16,110 nt of DNA. It comes from Candidatus Micrarchaeota archaeon. GTDB lineage: Archaea; Micrarchaeota; Micrarchaeia; Norongarragalinales; SBBD01. Shown piece by piece: positions 15,809-16,110 of this stretch (positions are counted from its first letter, which is position 1; each line of letters begins with the position of its first letter). Made by a program: the position numbers and the translations under genes. The notes under the pieces were generated by a model that saw only the letters and a program-made list of their open reading frames with translations, was not told the origin of the DNA and ran no database searches. The stretch covers positions 1 to 16,110 of the forward strand of contig JBBSVW010000031.1 in NCBI GenBank assembly GCA_038046605.1. Direction: 5' to 3'.

Positions 15809-16066
15809 ATGGAATTTGATTTGCATAACGCGGAAATAATCCTGACAAAGAGCGCTTCACGTGATGCGGTTGCGAGGCTTGGCGATGCGGACGGTACTCT
15901 CGCAAGGGCTTTGCTGAAATCAGGCAAACTCATCAAAAGGCCGGGCAAGGACGGTGAAATTGGAATCGTGAACCACAGGAAGGAGAGGAAAGTGAGGTTG
16001 GTTTTTACGGTACGCAGGGGCATTATCTATATTGTATCCGTCGATACGGGTGGAAAATATGAATAG
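15809..16066 (+). CDS. Small basic protein, DUF4258/RelE-like putative toxin
   Basis: 85 aa; IILTKSA...R N-terminus and VRLVFTVRRGIIYIVSV C-terminal beta pattern; overlaps the next ORF by 8 nt. Confidence 0.5.
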   Translation: MEFDLHNAEIILTKSASRDAVARLGDADGTLARALLKSGKLIKRPGKDGEIGIVNHRKERKVRLVFTVRRGIIYIVSVDTGGKYE

Positions 16067-16110
16067 GCTGTTGTATTGCACAATATGCAAAAAGGATAGG
16101 AAAATGGGGG
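16059..16110 (+). CDS. 5' end of a probable zinc-finger protein (YgiT/MqsA-like antitoxin?), truncated by the window edge
   Basis: MNRLLYCTICKKDRKMG with a CxxC motif; overlaps the upstream ORF. Confidence 0.45.
   Translation, partial: MNRLLYCTICKKDRKMG

Noticed and set aside
1-16110. CRISPR array, transposase or integrase; the many antisense/alternate-frame ORFs in the track
   Set aside because: No repeat with 3 or more regularly spaced copies and no recombinase motifs. The extra ORFs are shadows of well-supported genes.

Overview
Archaeal genomic window, shown by Trm1, NreA with a C-terminal PIP box, and a BHB-type tRNA intron. A DPANN-like lineage such as Micrarchaeota is plausible, but that is inference. 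Housekeeping genes are enolase, trm1, nreA, a cold-shock protein, a CPA1-type cation/H+ antiporter and tRNA-Gly(GCC). Several secreted or membrane proteins are present, including a transglutaminase-domain protein. There are three toxin-antitoxin-like modules: AbiEi/AbiEii, RHH/RelE, and a tentative DUF4258-like/Zn-finger pair, each with a perfect palindrome just upstream. The most notable observations are: (1) tRNA-Gly has an 81-nt T-loop intron (59/60) with a perfect BHB motif, and a homologous, much expanded copy of the intron core, able to form a pseudoknot, lies directly 3' of the tRNA; (2) the RHH/RelE module lies between 28-bp direct repeats that duplicate the PIP-box-coding end of nreA, with no integrase in the window; (3) the AbiE module is flanked by a bipartite direct repeat. 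All calls come from reading the sequence by eye, with no database searches.
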